Virus record (IMG/VR): IMGVR_UViG_3300042888_001055
Strand: one strand, 5' to 3'
DNA length: 64,000 nucleotides
Source of the DNA: a virus
Both the position numbers and the translations under genes were made by a program. The notes below the pieces were generated by a model. The model did no database searches, was not told the DNA's origin, and saw nothing but the letters and a program-made list of their open reading frames with translations. Positions 32,901 to 43,700 of this stretch are shown here, in pieces; position 1 is the first letter of the stretch, and each line of letters starts with the position of its first letter.

Positions 32901-33485
32901 AGTAACATCAAAATTACCAGATACATTTGCACCAGTACCAGTAACTACTAATGTAGTATTACCGGCTGCTGTAATATTAACGTTACCGTTAACAGCTGGA
33001 ATATTTACATTACTTGTACCGTTAGCAATTCCTGAGCCTGCTGAGATTGGTGCCCATACTAACGCACCTGAGCCATTTGTTTGTAGATAATATCCGTTAA
33101 CACCACCAGTAATAGTAACGTTACCAACATTACCTAAATTACTTGTACCAGTAACTACCAGTGTTCCTAAGTTAGCTTCACCTGCAGTACTTATATTGCC
33201 ACCGGATAAATTACCTGTTACAGTTAAACTTGTTAGTGTACCAACACTTGTAATATTTGGCTGAGCATTTGTATAGACTGTGCCGGCAACTAGTGCGTTA
33301 CCAACTTGTCCAGATACATTTGCACCTGCTATATTACTTAAGTTATTACCAGCACCAATAAAGAAATTAGCGGTAAGAGCGTTACCCAAATTAGCATTGT
33401 TTGCTGTAATATTACCGGTTGTAGCATCTAGTAATATATTACCAGTTGTTATACCTTGTTTTACATTAAAATATTTTGTAGTCAT
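29946..33485 (-). CDS. Fibre stalk protein (1179 aa)
   Basis: Stalk repeats; TTKAYVDSVAQGLDPKAS...NGIYVVT...GAFTFVEQGT domain; C-terminal RTAKY...ETLLIHDG domain. Confidence 0.8.
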   Translation of the reverse strand: MTTKYFNVKQGITTGNILLDATTGNITANNANLGNALTANFFIGAGNNLSNIAGANVSGQVGNALVAGTVYTNAQPNITSVGTLTSLTVTGNLSGGNISTAGEANLGTLVVTGTSNLGNVGNVTITGGVNGYYLQTNGSGALVWAPISAGSGIANGTSNVNIPAVNGNVNITAAGNTTLVVTGTGANVSGNFDVTGNLTAGNITTAGSAGNITGANNISANTFTSIITTGTAPFVVTSTTQVANLNVATAGLAVAVTGAAQANITSVGTLTGLDVNGNITAANITANTGIFTGNGAGLTNIAGANVTGTVGNATFAVTVTGNAQGNITSLGTLTSLLVSGNANVGNLTTPGVLSVTGNANVGNLGTAVLIATGTGSFGGNVSMNSFNITGLATPVNDTDATTKAYVDSVAQGLDPKASVVYATTTSIFGSGYTYNNGTSGVGATITSSSNGALSIDGSTPSLNERVLIKNEVGAFVNTTTQSAAFNGIYVVTQVGSGAAPFILTRSTDFDVGTEMAGAFTFVEQGTYNADTGWVSTANTPITVGTTQIIWVQFSGAGSYIAGTGLTLTGNEFSISNTAVTSGSYGSGDAVATFTVNQQGQLTAASNTAITANAANLTGTALNANIVTSNLTSVGTLGNLTVTGNISAGNISTGAGSGGNITGANLVSANFFTGTLTTAAQPNITSVGTLTSLTVTGNISGGNISTAGAANVGTLAVTGTSNLGAVGNITIIGGTNGQVLSTNGSGGLSFISISSSGISNGTSNVNIPTVNGNVDITAAGNTTLVVTGTGANISGTANITGNLVAGNITGANLVSANFFTGTLTTAAQPNITSVGSLTGLTVSNATGVVNFTTTANVTLGAVANLHISGGTSGQVLSTDGSGGLSFVSVNSSGISNGTSNVNIPTVNGNINFSSAGNANVVVITGTGANIAGTLNVTGDLTAGNITTSGSGGNISNVNNISANTFTSIIATGTAPFIVSSTTQVANLNVATAGTAATVTTNAQPNITSVGTLTSLDVTGNISGGNISISGIANVTGNISGGNISTAGTANVGTLIVTGATTFGNLTANYVALNGGLTSNRSNVVVTTNTVVDQFAPGTFRTAKYIISASGDDGFQSVETLLIHDGTTAYITIYGSICSNNTADIIELSSNINGVSGNVSVYATGASANLKVNLVSTYIKT

Positions 33486-33496
33486 TTTTGATCCTT

Positions 33497-35053
33497 TTAA
33501 TCTGCTACGTAAACGCCCAATAAATTCACCGTTGTGTTAGCTGAGCCAGTTGTGGCTAGCAACCTAACATTTCCGGAAATTACATTCGTTGACAATGCTA
33601 TAATATCGAACCCTACAGTAGATAAACTACCATATATAGTTACATAACTATTAGCACTATCGTGTATCAATAATACTTCAACAGCTTGATATCCGTCATC
33701 ACTGTTGACTCTCATTGTGTATTTAGCTGACCTGTATTTAATGACCGGAAAGCTATCAATTACTGTATTTGTTGTAACAGCTATTGGTGTTCTGTTACTA
33801 TAGATATCACTGACTTTTAAGTTTGTTATTGTTGCTGTATCATTAACAATCAAATTACCTCGGGCAGTTACATTTCCTGTAGTACTTCCCATTGAAATAT
33901 TAGCTATTAGACCAAAATTAATATTACCAATTGCTGTAGTAAAAATACCAGCATCACCGCCACTAACAGCTACTGTACCAGTACTTAATGTTAATAACCC
34001 GGCAGTTGACGATATATTTCCAGTAATACTAGCATTGCCACTAGCAATAATATCACCCGTCACATCAACATTAGTTCTATTAATAGTTGCTACTATATTA
34101 GCTGTACCAGAACCGCCTACTATGAATTTTACTGCGCTAGGAATTTTACTAGTTCCTATAACTAAATTACCACCACGTACATATAGATATCCGTCATCTG
34201 GCGTTAGTGCATTACCTAAACTATTTGTTTGAGTACCGTCCCATGCACTACCTGTAATACCCATATTGATATAGTTGTTTACACTATTACCATTATCTGA
34301 GGTTAATGCAATGTCAGTACTAGATGTTGCTCCGGTATTGATATTTTGAAAATTTATCTGTGACGCACTATTTAAGTTACTAGTAAATTGTACTATAGTG
34401 TTTGGAACAGCAGTAAAACCAGTAACACCTGCCTGCAATGCATTTTTACCATTAATACTGTTGCCAGAAAATATACCATTTGCGGCACTTATATTAGCTG
34501 TTGTTAATGTATTTGTTACAGAATTAAACGTAAGATTTGCGGTTGCACCAAACTCATTATCATTATTAAATTGAATTTGTGTATTGCTACCGGCTGGTAC
34601 ACCACCTATGTCCCATGCCGCCCCGTTTGCATATAATAAATGATCGGTTAGTACATTTCCGGCTGATATATTACTTGTTACTGATAAATTACCTAATGTT
34701 CCAACACTAGTGATATTGGGTTGACTTGAACTTGTACTATCAAATACGCCATGGAAGAAATTAGCAGTTACAAGATTACCTAAATTAGCATTACCGGATG
34801 ATATATTACCAGTTAGACTTAATGAAGTACTAGTGCCTGGATAAGCTGTGGTTTGAGTTGTGGTATCCGGAAATACAACATTTCCGGTACTATCAAAATT
34901 CCAAACTTTATTACCATTATCAGATACTATATCAACATCTATGTATGAAGTAATCTTAGATGTAAAAACATTACCTGAGGTATCTATAACCTCGGTGAGT
35001 TCATCACCCACCGAGAATCCATTTATAGAATTAAACCATCTAATTGTTGCCAT
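33497..35053 (-). CDS. Fibre or structural protein (518 aa)
   Basis: FNSINGFSVG N-terminus, GSNTQIQFN module, C-terminal RSAKY...EVLLIHD domain. Confidence 0.75.
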   Translation of the reverse strand: MATIRWFNSINGFSVGDELTEVIDTSGNVFTSKITSYIDVDIVSDNGNKVWNFDSTGNVVFPDTTTQTTAYPGTSTSLSLTGNISSGNANLGNLVTANFFHGVFDSTSSSQPNITSVGTLGNLSVTSNISAGNVLTDHLLYANGAAWDIGGVPAGSNTQIQFNNDNEFGATANLTFNSVTNTLTTANISAANGIFSGNSINGKNALQAGVTGFTAVPNTIVQFTSNLNSASQINFQNINTGATSSTDIALTSDNGNSVNNYINMGITGSAWDGTQTNSLGNALTPDDGYLYVRGGNLVIGTSKIPSAVKFIVGGSGTANIVATINRTNVDVTGDIIASGNASITGNISSTAGLLTLSTGTVAVSGGDAGIFTTAIGNINFGLIANISMGSTTGNVTARGNLIVNDTATITNLKVSDIYSNRTPIAVTTNTVIDSFPVIKYRSAKYTMRVNSDDGYQAVEVLLIHDSANSYVTIYGSLSTVGFDIIALSTNVISGNVRLLATTGSANTTVNLLGVYVAD

Positions 35054-35072
35054 ATTATGTAATCAGCAATAA

Positions 35073-38000
35073 TTAAATTGTCCTAATCTGTGTAGTCCAA
35101 GCAGTACTGTTACTACTAGATGGTGTAGCTTGCAATAATACATTGCCTGAAGCAACATTAACTGCTAGTGTTCCTGTAGTAGTACCAATACGAACTGTTC
35201 CGTAAATTACGTAATCTGCATCAGTACCATCAGTAACAGCTAATACAGTTGCTACACTATATTTTGATCCTGCTGAATCATATCCTTTAACTAAGAATTC
35301 AACACCTGTCACATTAGAACCAGTTAACTGGAATGTAGCAATTGTTTGATTAGCAGTAATAGATGTAGTACTTACTGTGTTTGCAGTAATTGATGTATTA
35401 CCAATACCCAATGTAGTAACAGCAAATGAGTTTGCACTTAACGAACCGGTTGAAAGATTTCCAACTGTTACATTACCTATCTTAGAAACACTGAATTTAC
35501 TTGCACCGCCAACTTGCAAGTCCATCAATAATGAGCCTGCACTAGAGTTAGTGTCAGTTATATTTTCTAGTATACCAGTAAATGTTGCTGAAGCATTATT
35601 CCAAGTTTGACTTACATTTATAGCTGATTTACTTGTCGTTATAGTTCCAGTTGATAGTTGTGCTGTATTTCCTACAAAATTATCAGCGTTAACGTTAGCT
35701 GTTGCGGTAAATGTATTTGCAGATACTACATTAGCACCAGTAATATTTCCACCAGAACCAGTTGTACTAATGTTACCAAATGTACCATTACCAGTTGCAG
35801 TAACTGCGCCGGCTGTACTAATATTTCCACCAGATATATTGCCAGTTGCAATAATTAGACCAGCTGTACCTAAATTACCTACGTTAGCATTACCAGTAAC
35901 ATCTAGTGTTAAGTTAGCCGTTAATACATTAGCAATAACATTTCCTGTTATTGTTACTGATGTACCAGTTGCCGCACCAATATTAGGTGACGTAAATGCT
36001 GCGCCAGCCGGAACATAAATGTTACCATTACCGTCAAACGCTGTTGTTGGGTTAGGGTTACCGTCAACCTTAGCATTAAACTGTGTGCCTATTAATACTA
36101 AACCAGCACTTGTATTAGCAGTGAATGAGCCAGCACCAGAGAACTGTACAAATACAATATCAGTTGTACCAACAGTAACTGGTGAGTTAGTTGTACATAC
36201 CCAACCAGTATCAGCATTAGTTGTACCATATTCAACGAATACAAACGCACCTGGTATCTCACCACTTGGTGATGCACTATCAAAGTCAGTTGTTCTAGTA
36301 AGTACGTATGCAGCCGCACCTGAACCTGCAGCAGTAACTACATATATACCATTATAAGGTGCATTAGTTGTAGTTTCATTTTTAACCAATACTCGTTCGT
36401 TTATGGAAACTGCAGATCCATCAATTGACAATGCGCCAACTGCGTTACCTGTAATTGTTGCTCCTATGCCACTTGCACCGTTATTGTAAGTGTAAGCAGG
36501 AAGTCCGGCTGCTGTAGCATATACTACAGATGCTTTTGGATCTAGTCCTTGAGCAACACTATCAACATATGCTTTAGTAGCGGCATCATTATCTAGTGTT
36601 GGTGTAGCAAGATTTATAATTTTCTTACTAGAAACACTAACATTACCGGCACCAGTTGGAACTAGTATAACATCATTGTCACCGGGTGCGGCAGTTAATG
36701 TTAACGTAGTAGTATTAGAAGTTAATGTAGGTGATACCAATGCAAGTGCATTAACGGTGACACTAGCATTGATACTAGAGGTAGTTATATTTCCAACACT
36801 TATGTTACCTGTACCAATAATTTGACCATTACCAAAACCAAGATTACCAACGTTAGCATTGCCAGTCGTTGTAATTGTATTAGATCCGGCAGCGATAGTA
36901 CCAATAATGTTACCAGCAGTTATATTACTTGTAGCAACAATATTACCTGTAGAAATACTGACGTTAACTGTGCTATTACCAACATTTAATACATTGGCTA
37001 AATTAGCAGTATTAGATGTTTTGTCAAAAGTAAATCCAGTACTTGAATTTGCAAAGCTATCATCATTAAATACAATTCCAGTATTTGAACCAGGTATTGT
37101 AACATTACCTGTGATATTACCACTGAAGTTACCACTAAAGTTATTAGCAGATATAGTACCAGTAGTAGTAATATTTGCATTAATAGTTAATAGATTTGAA
37201 GACAATACCATTAAGTTAGCTATTGGTATATTACCATTAGCAGGGTCAGCAATGTTGAAAGACACATTACCGTTTGGTGTTGTAGTTACAGTTGTATTAC
37301 CGTTAACAAGTTTATCGGCTGCAATAGCAACAACACCTGTTAATTGACTACCGTTACCTAAGAAGTAACTACCAGTCACGTTACCAGTTGCAGTAACGTT
37401 ACCTGTAACAGTTAATAAATTAGTACTATTATTGAAAGTGAAATTAGCACTAGCACCTAAGTTTCCGTCACCGTCATTAAATTGAATCTCTGTGTTTGCG
37501 CCAGCTGGGGTAATAAAGTCCCATGGTGTTCCATTTGCATATAATAAATTGTTAGTACGTAGGTTACCTACATTTGCTGTATCAGTTACAAATAAATTGC
37601 TTGATACATTTACAAAGTTTGCTGTAGCTAGATTACCTAAATTAGCATTGTTAAATTGAGCATTACCAAGAACAGTTAGTAGTTGAGTACTATCATCGTA
37701 TATTAAATTACTAGAATCAGTTAATACACCACCAGTACCAGCAAATGTTACTCTAGTTGATGTTAATGCGTTAGAACGCAGGCTGTTAGCAATTACATTA
37801 CCACTAAAGTTTGCTGTGTTACCTGAAAGTTCTAAATTAACTGTAACATTTGGAGCTACTACATTACCAATAAAGTTAGCTGTGTTACCTTGTATATTAA
37901 GACCAACGTTTGCATTACCACTTACAAAAACATCAGTTAAGAATGTTGTATTTGAAAGTGCTATACCACTAGCATTTGATGATATATTTTGATCACCAAT

Positions 38001-38684
38001 AAGAATACTACTACCACTTAGAAATAAATCTTTCCAACGATTTGTCGCATTACCCAAATTAAACGTTATGTTGGCTGAAGGAATTAAGTTTCCAGTTGTT
38101 GTACCAGAAATTTCTAAGTTACCAATATTAGCTAAACCAAGTGTATTTAAGTTAGCACCTGTAATATTAGCATTTGCAGTAATATTAGCACTAGCATTAA
38201 TATTACCAGTGACATTTACTACATTGGCTAGATTAGCGATACCATCAACATTTAATGAAATTAGATTACCAACATTAGTGATATTTGCTTGATTAGAACT
38301 TGTACTATCAAATACACCATGAAAGAAATTAGCAGTTGCAAGATTACCTAAATTAGCATTAGTAGCACTAATATTACCAGTAATAGTTAATAGGTTAGTA
38401 CTAGAGTTAAAGGTAAAGTTCGCACTAGCACCAAACTCATTATCATTATTAAATTGAATTTGAGTGTTACTACCAGCTGGAATACCACCAATATCCCAAG
38501 GTTGACCGTTTGCGTATAACAAATGGTCTGTGCGTACATTACCAACATTTGCGGTGTCAGATACGTACAAATTGCCTGTTAGGTTAGCATTAGTTGTGGT
38601 AATGTCACCGTTTGCTAGTATAATATTGGCGGCATTTTCTCCTACTGAGAAGCCGCCAATCGAGTTAAATGCTTTGATTGCCAT
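35073..38684 (-). CDS. Fibre stalk protein (1203 aa)
   Basis: FNSIGGFSVG N-terminus, stalk repeats, ATKAYVDSVAQGLDPKAS domain. Confidence 0.8.
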   Translation of the reverse strand: MAIKAFNSIGGFSVGENAANIILANGDITTTNANLTGNLYVSDTANVGNVRTDHLLYANGQPWDIGGIPAGSNTQIQFNNDNEFGASANFTFNSSTNLLTITGNISATNANLGNLATANFFHGVFDSTSSNQANITNVGNLISLNVDGIANLANVVNVTGNINASANITANANITGANLNTLGLANIGNLEISGTTTGNLIPSANITFNLGNATNRWKDLFLSGSSILIGDQNISSNASGIALSNTTFLTDVFVSGNANVGLNIQGNTANFIGNVVAPNVTVNLELSGNTANFSGNVIANSLRSNALTSTRVTFAGTGGVLTDSSNLIYDDSTQLLTVLGNAQFNNANLGNLATANFVNVSSNLFVTDTANVGNLRTNNLLYANGTPWDFITPAGANTEIQFNDGDGNLGASANFTFNNSTNLLTVTGNVTATGNVTGSYFLGNGSQLTGVVAIAADKLVNGNTTVTTTPNGNVSFNIADPANGNIPIANLMVLSSNLLTINANITTTGTISANNFSGNFSGNITGNVTIPGSNTGIVFNDDSFANSSTGFTFDKTSNTANLANVLNVGNSTVNVSISTGNIVATSNITAGNIIGTIAAGSNTITTTGNANVGNLGFGNGQIIGTGNISVGNITTSSINASVTVNALALVSPTLTSNTTTLTLTAAPGDNDVILVPTGAGNVSVSSKKIINLATPTLDNDAATKAYVDSVAQGLDPKASVVYATAAGLPAYTYNNGASGIGATITGNAVGALSIDGSAVSINERVLVKNETTTNAPYNGIYVVTAAGSGAAAYVLTRTTDFDSASPSGEIPGAFVFVEYGTTNADTGWVCTTNSPVTVGTTDIVFVQFSGAGSFTANTSAGLVLIGTQFNAKVDGNPNPTTAFDGNGNIYVPAGAAFTSPNIGAATGTSVTITGNVIANVLTANLTLDVTGNANVGNLGTAGLIIATGNISGGNISTAGAVTATGNGTFGNISTTGSGGNITGANVVSANTFTATANVNADNFVGNTAQLSTGTITTSKSAINVSQTWNNASATFTGILENITDTNSSAGSLLMDLQVGGASKFSVSKIGNVTVGNLSTGSLSANSFAVTTLGIGNTSITANTVSTTSITANQTIATFQLTGSNVTGVEFLVKGYDSAGSKYSVATVLAVTDGTDADYVIYGTVRIGTTTGTLAVNVASGNVLLQATPSSSNSTAWTTQIRTI

Positions 38685-38705
38685 GGTAATGTCCTTTTAT
38701 AAATG

Positions 38706-38712
38706 TATTTAT
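38706..38712 (-). promoter_or_regulatory. Putative late promoter (ATAAATA)
   Basis: TAAATA core in the gap upstream of 38684. Confidence 0.6.
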
Positions 38713-38728
38713 GCTAGGTATAATAAAG

Positions 38729-40756
38729 TTACTTTGCATATTGTATAATCATCAGATTATATTTGGTTAAATTAGTAGAATCCGGAGTCACTACCAATTG
38801 TATCGTATCAGGCGATCCTGCCTGATAATTCACTGAAAAACTTCCCACACCACCATTGATGTAGAGTCCTGAATACTCATTAAATACCACCTCAGTTCCT
38901 AGAACTGCGGCAGCTATTTTTGCTGTTTGTCTGGTGTTACCTGCTACATCTGTGGAAATAATAGTAAAATCTATAGCTGATAAGTTGGCCAATGATGTTG
39001 ACCACAATAATTGATTAGGTGTCGTAGCGGCTGTAGTAGCAAAATAAACAGTTGATTGATAAAATTCATTATCTCCTACACCCATTCTGAACGTATTTGC
39101 TATAACATTATTGGCAATAGACGTATTGCCCAAATTAGCATTAGCTGATGTAATATTACCAGATGCATTAAGCGTTACTGTAGATATTAAATTAGCCCCG
39201 GTAATATCACCGCTAGGGCCAGTGGTAGATAAATTACCAAATATGCCATTATTACCGGTAATATTACCTGTAGCATTAAATGTAGTAACATTTGCTGTAC
39301 CAACTACAGTTAGTAAACTTGTAGTTTTATCAAATGTAAAGTTAGCACTTCCACCAAATTCATTAATGTCGTTGAATTGAATCTGTGTATTGCTACCGCC
39401 GGGCGTGCCACCAAAATCCCAAGCTGAACCATTTGCGTATAGTAAATTATTAGTACGTACATTACCCACAGTTGCAGTATTAATTACAGATAAATTGCTT
39501 GATACATCTACAAAATTAGCGGTTGCTAAGTTACCTAAATTAGCATTATTAAACTGCGAATTACCTACAACAGTTAATAAATTAGTTGTTTGGTTAAATG
39601 TAAAGTTGGCACTAGCACCAAAGTTAGTATTGCCGTCATTAAATTGAATCTGCGTATTAGATCCTGCAGCCTCTTGTAAATCCCAAGGTTGACCATTTGC
39701 ATATAATATATTGTTAGTACGTAAATTACCTACATTTGCTGTATCAGCTACAAAAAGATTACCTGATATATTTCCAGAATTTGCAGTAACTGTGTTAGAT
39801 GATACATTAGACGTAATATTAGTAGCAGTTAAATTACCTGTAACAGTTAAATAACCAGATACGTTTGTTCCGGTACCTGTAACAACTAGTGTTGTATTGC
39901 CGGTAGCAGTAATATTAACATTACCATTAGCAATTGGAATGTTTACGTTACTATTACCGTTTGCTACCCCTGAACTATTTAAGTTTGCTAAATATCCACC
40001 GTCACCAATAAAGAAAGCACCAGTGTTGGCAACAATATTTCCACTAGCTGTTAGTGAGGTTGTTACGTGTATATTTCCAGAACCATTTGGAGTAAGAAAT
40101 ATATTACTGTTAGCAGTAATAGTACTGATAGTAGTATCAGTAAAGTTTAGATTACCAATATTAGTATTACCACTGATATTACCACTGGGTTGATTAGTTA
40201 CACCAATCAAGCCTACATACTGATAACCTACAACATAAACACTTTTACCTGTAATAGGGCTGGCAATCTGAGTTGGTACATTTGCACCGTTGAAGTTTAA
40301 TACACCAGATTGATAATCAAAGAACCATGTATCATCTCTTCCAGAACCAGCTTGGAATAATTTAGTACCTGATGTTTGTGGATTAGTTACACCAGTGTTG
40401 GCTACATATACTTGTACAAGATAGTTGTCGCCAAATTGAGTTGGTACCCAATTAATTTCGTTTGTCTTCCACGTTTGATTGTCAGGGGCGGTTAAGTCTT
40501 CAGTACATTCTACGCTAGGGCTAAAACTCCCTACACCATCTTTATAAACTTTAATAATACTAGTTGTTGTGGCAGGCGGATTTCCTGTAATCTGGTCACT
40601 CTCCATCCAAACAAGATCGCCACGATATAGTAATGGGCTAGGGATACTTTCATTGAAAGCTTCTTTAACTGTTGCTTCTGCAGTTTTGGTTACAGCGTAA
40701 CCAACTTTTTTCCACAGATAGTCAATCTTTTGTGATTCGTTAAACGTTGCGGCCAT
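38729..40756 (-). CDS. Virion structural or fibre-base protein (675 aa)
   Basis: Non-repetitive N-terminal domain (QKIDYLWKKVGY) followed by stalk repeats; TAATG-coupled to the upstream gene. Confidence 0.75.
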   Translation of the reverse strand: MAATFNESQKIDYLWKKVGYAVTKTAEATVKEAFNESIPSPLLYRGDLVWMESDQITGNPPATTTSIIKVYKDGVGSFSPSVECTEDLTAPDNQTWKTNEINWVPTQFGDNYLVQVYVANTGVTNPQTSGTKLFQAGSGRDDTWFFDYQSGVLNFNGANVPTQIASPITGKSVYVVGYQYVGLIGVTNQPSGNISGNTNIGNLNFTDTTISTITANSNIFLTPNGSGNIHVTTSLTASGNIVANTGAFFIGDGGYLANLNSSGVANGNSNVNIPIANGNVNITATGNTTLVVTGTGTNVSGYLTVTGNLTATNITSNVSSNTVTANSGNISGNLFVADTANVGNLRTNNILYANGQPWDLQEAAGSNTQIQFNDGNTNFGASANFTFNQTTNLLTVVGNSQFNNANLGNLATANFVDVSSNLSVINTATVGNVRTNNLLYANGSAWDFGGTPGGSNTQIQFNDINEFGGSANFTFDKTTSLLTVVGTANVTTFNATGNITGNNGIFGNLSTTGPSGDITGANLISTVTLNASGNITSANANLGNTSIANNVIANTFRMGVGDNEFYQSTVYFATTAATTPNQLLWSTSLANLSAIDFTIISTDVAGNTRQTAKIAAAVLGTEVVFNEYSGLYINGGVGSFSVNYQAGSPDTIQLVVTPDSTNLTKYNLMIIQYAK

Positions 40757-43700
40757 TACGTTGCTACTCCTATCTGTAAATCAGTTATAGTTTGACCGGC
40801 TGCCAACGCAATTCTAATTAAAATATTATTACCAAAACTATTAGCTTGATTCTGTGACCCAAGCGTCATAGTATATCTTACATTTGTTATCTGTGTATTC
40901 AATGGTATAACATCTGATCCAGTTAACGCACATCCGTTAGTACCAGCTGGGTTTCCACCTGTAGCACTATTACCCGGTACTCCCGCACCGTTATATTGTT
41001 CATATCCAGTTAACCATCCGTTAATAGTACTAGTGGGTCCTGGGAATCCCGGAGTAGGTGATGCGAATCCACCCTTGTCAATTGTTGTGCCAGGTGCCGC
41101 TACCCATAAGCCTGATATACCAGTTGACCCTGTAGTTAATATAATATCAAAATTAGCTAAACTAGTTCTTACAAATGCAAAAGTAAAATACTGTAACCCT
41201 GATCGTCCTGTAGCTAAGTCAGGTCCAATTGGTAAATACCCAGTAGATAAATCTACAGCATAATGTTTTAACACACCGTATCTAACAACTGCTTCTGGTG
41301 TACCTGCAATAGTTTGAGCACCTGACCATACATTGCTAGTATAATAATTTGTATTATTACTAAAGACTGGTGTATTACCTGCTGTACTCATTACTATACG
41401 AATAGCAGGTTGTGTATTACTTGCTACATTAGCAGGTATATTTGCTTCATTAAATCCAGAGTTGGCGCCAGCATACATTTGTATTTTAGTAGGCAGTTGA
41501 ATTGTTGTGCTAGTACCAACAACGTTGAATATATTTGCCGCTAATGTTGATACTCCGTTAACTGCACCGTTAACTAATACGTTGAGATTACCCATTGAAT
41601 AGTTAGTTGATATACCTATGTTAGCTTTAACATTTGATCCAGTCAACATAGAGTTAGCACTATTATCAATCTGTGCTAATGTTTTAGTTTGTGTAGATAT
41701 AACTGATCCAGAACCTTCATATGATGTACCAGATGCTACCGTGAATGGGTCAGCACTACGGAATGTTTGTCCTGTAAAGTTTTGTAATTCTAAATTAGCG
41801 ACTGTAATTGCAGGAGATCCAGTAGCACTATAATATGGAATACCTGAAATGTATCTAAATGTTCCTGAAGTAGCAGTAACCATCGCTGTATTCGTAGTAA
41901 CTAAGGTTGGTGCAGAATTTAAGTTGTCTTTTACCATTCCAATAGTATTAGTATTACCTGTAGTTGAATGACGTAATTGGAAATCATTGTAACCATTACC
42001 TAAACTAGCTAGTGTATTGCTAATCGTAGCAGAGAATACTTTGTAGAATCCTGTAGGAACAGCGGTATTTGCTACATGTAAATCTCTGTCGGCTGATACT
42101 ACTAATGAACTGTATGTTCCAACAGCATTTCCACTAGTACTGAATGAAGTGTTGCCGGCTTCTGCATTATTTACATAGGCAGTTAATGTACCGGTAAGTG
42201 CTGTATTTGCATTTGTTACTTGTGTGCTGGTTGATACTGGTGTAGTTGTAGCTATACGGGTAACTGCTGTACCATTAGCTAATATATTTCCGCCAGTATT
42301 ATCAGCCGCTCCTGCCGCTAATAATGGGCTAGTACCTTGACTAGCTGTAGCGATAGTAACATTAGTGAAACTACTTAGATTAGAAGGAGCTGTTGGATTA
42401 GCTAAAATAGTAATATAATTTGTTTTTGTATTTGTATTACTTTGTAACGTGGTGCCTGGAGTACCGTTTGCTTGTAATGCAACTGTTTTACCACCAATAG
42501 TAGGTGATCCATAATCGTTAAGATATGAGTGTGTAATATTAGCACGACTTGTTACACCACTGTTACTTGTAGTGTCACCCCATGACCAATTAAACACATT
42601 ACCAGTAAAGTTAACGTTAGGTGATGTATCATTACTGAAGTTAAACAAGCTTCTATCACGACCTAAATAGTCAGTAAACAAGTAACCAACTTGAGCATTA
42701 GAAGTATATCCTGTAGCGTCAGTTTGAGTATTAGCGGTTCCTGTAAAGTTAGCTCTAACTTCTGGTTCAACTGTAATTGTAATATTACTAGATATGAACG
42801 GGCTAGTACTAAATCCTGTATACAATGAAAGATTTGCTACATAACTTACTGTGGTAGCCGCATTCTGTTGTACTGAACTTAACGCAAATGCATGAGTAAT
42901 ATTAGCCGCTCCTGGGTTACCAGCAAGTCCAGTTTGAATATTAATGTTACTATTAGCTGTACCATCTCCCCAACGGAAGTTATATAATTGTTGTGCACCA
43001 AAACTAGCAGTATTACCTGGACTGCCAGGAGTATCATTTCTGAAACTAATTACACCACCTGAGGTAGCAAGATAGTTAATAGTTGAAGTAGAATTAGCTG
43101 TAAATGCCGGGCTTTGCGGAGAATATACTTTAACATTAGTATTCGCTGTTGTAACACTATACGGAGGCGCATTACCTGCTGTCTGGTTTGTACCAGTTAA
43201 ATTAATTCCATATATAGAATCAACATTGGCAGAATTAATGTATTGATGAGAATCAGTTGTCCATGAATTACCAGGATTAACAGCAGTATTGCCATCACCA
43301 TAATTAATTGTAAATGATGTAGCATACAAACTTGTATTAGTTAATGTAACATTACTACCAGTATCTAAACTAGTTGGACTAGCTGTAAATGATGGTATTG
43401 GTAATGGTGTGAACAGTGTTATGAAATTAGTATTAATTGAAGTAGCGGTTGAGCCTTTTGCTCCATTGGCTGCATTACCTCCATATGTACCATTTACATT
43501 GAATGCTGTAAATGTAACTGTAAATTGTCCACCTAATACATTACTATATGTTTTTGTAGGATTACGTAAAGTGCTAGTTGTGCCGTCACCAAAATTCCAA
43601 AGATAATTAGTAGGATTGCCAATATAGTTTCCAGTAAATGCCACTGATAACGGACTAGGCCCTGATGTTACATTAGCACCAATGTATATATTACCTACAA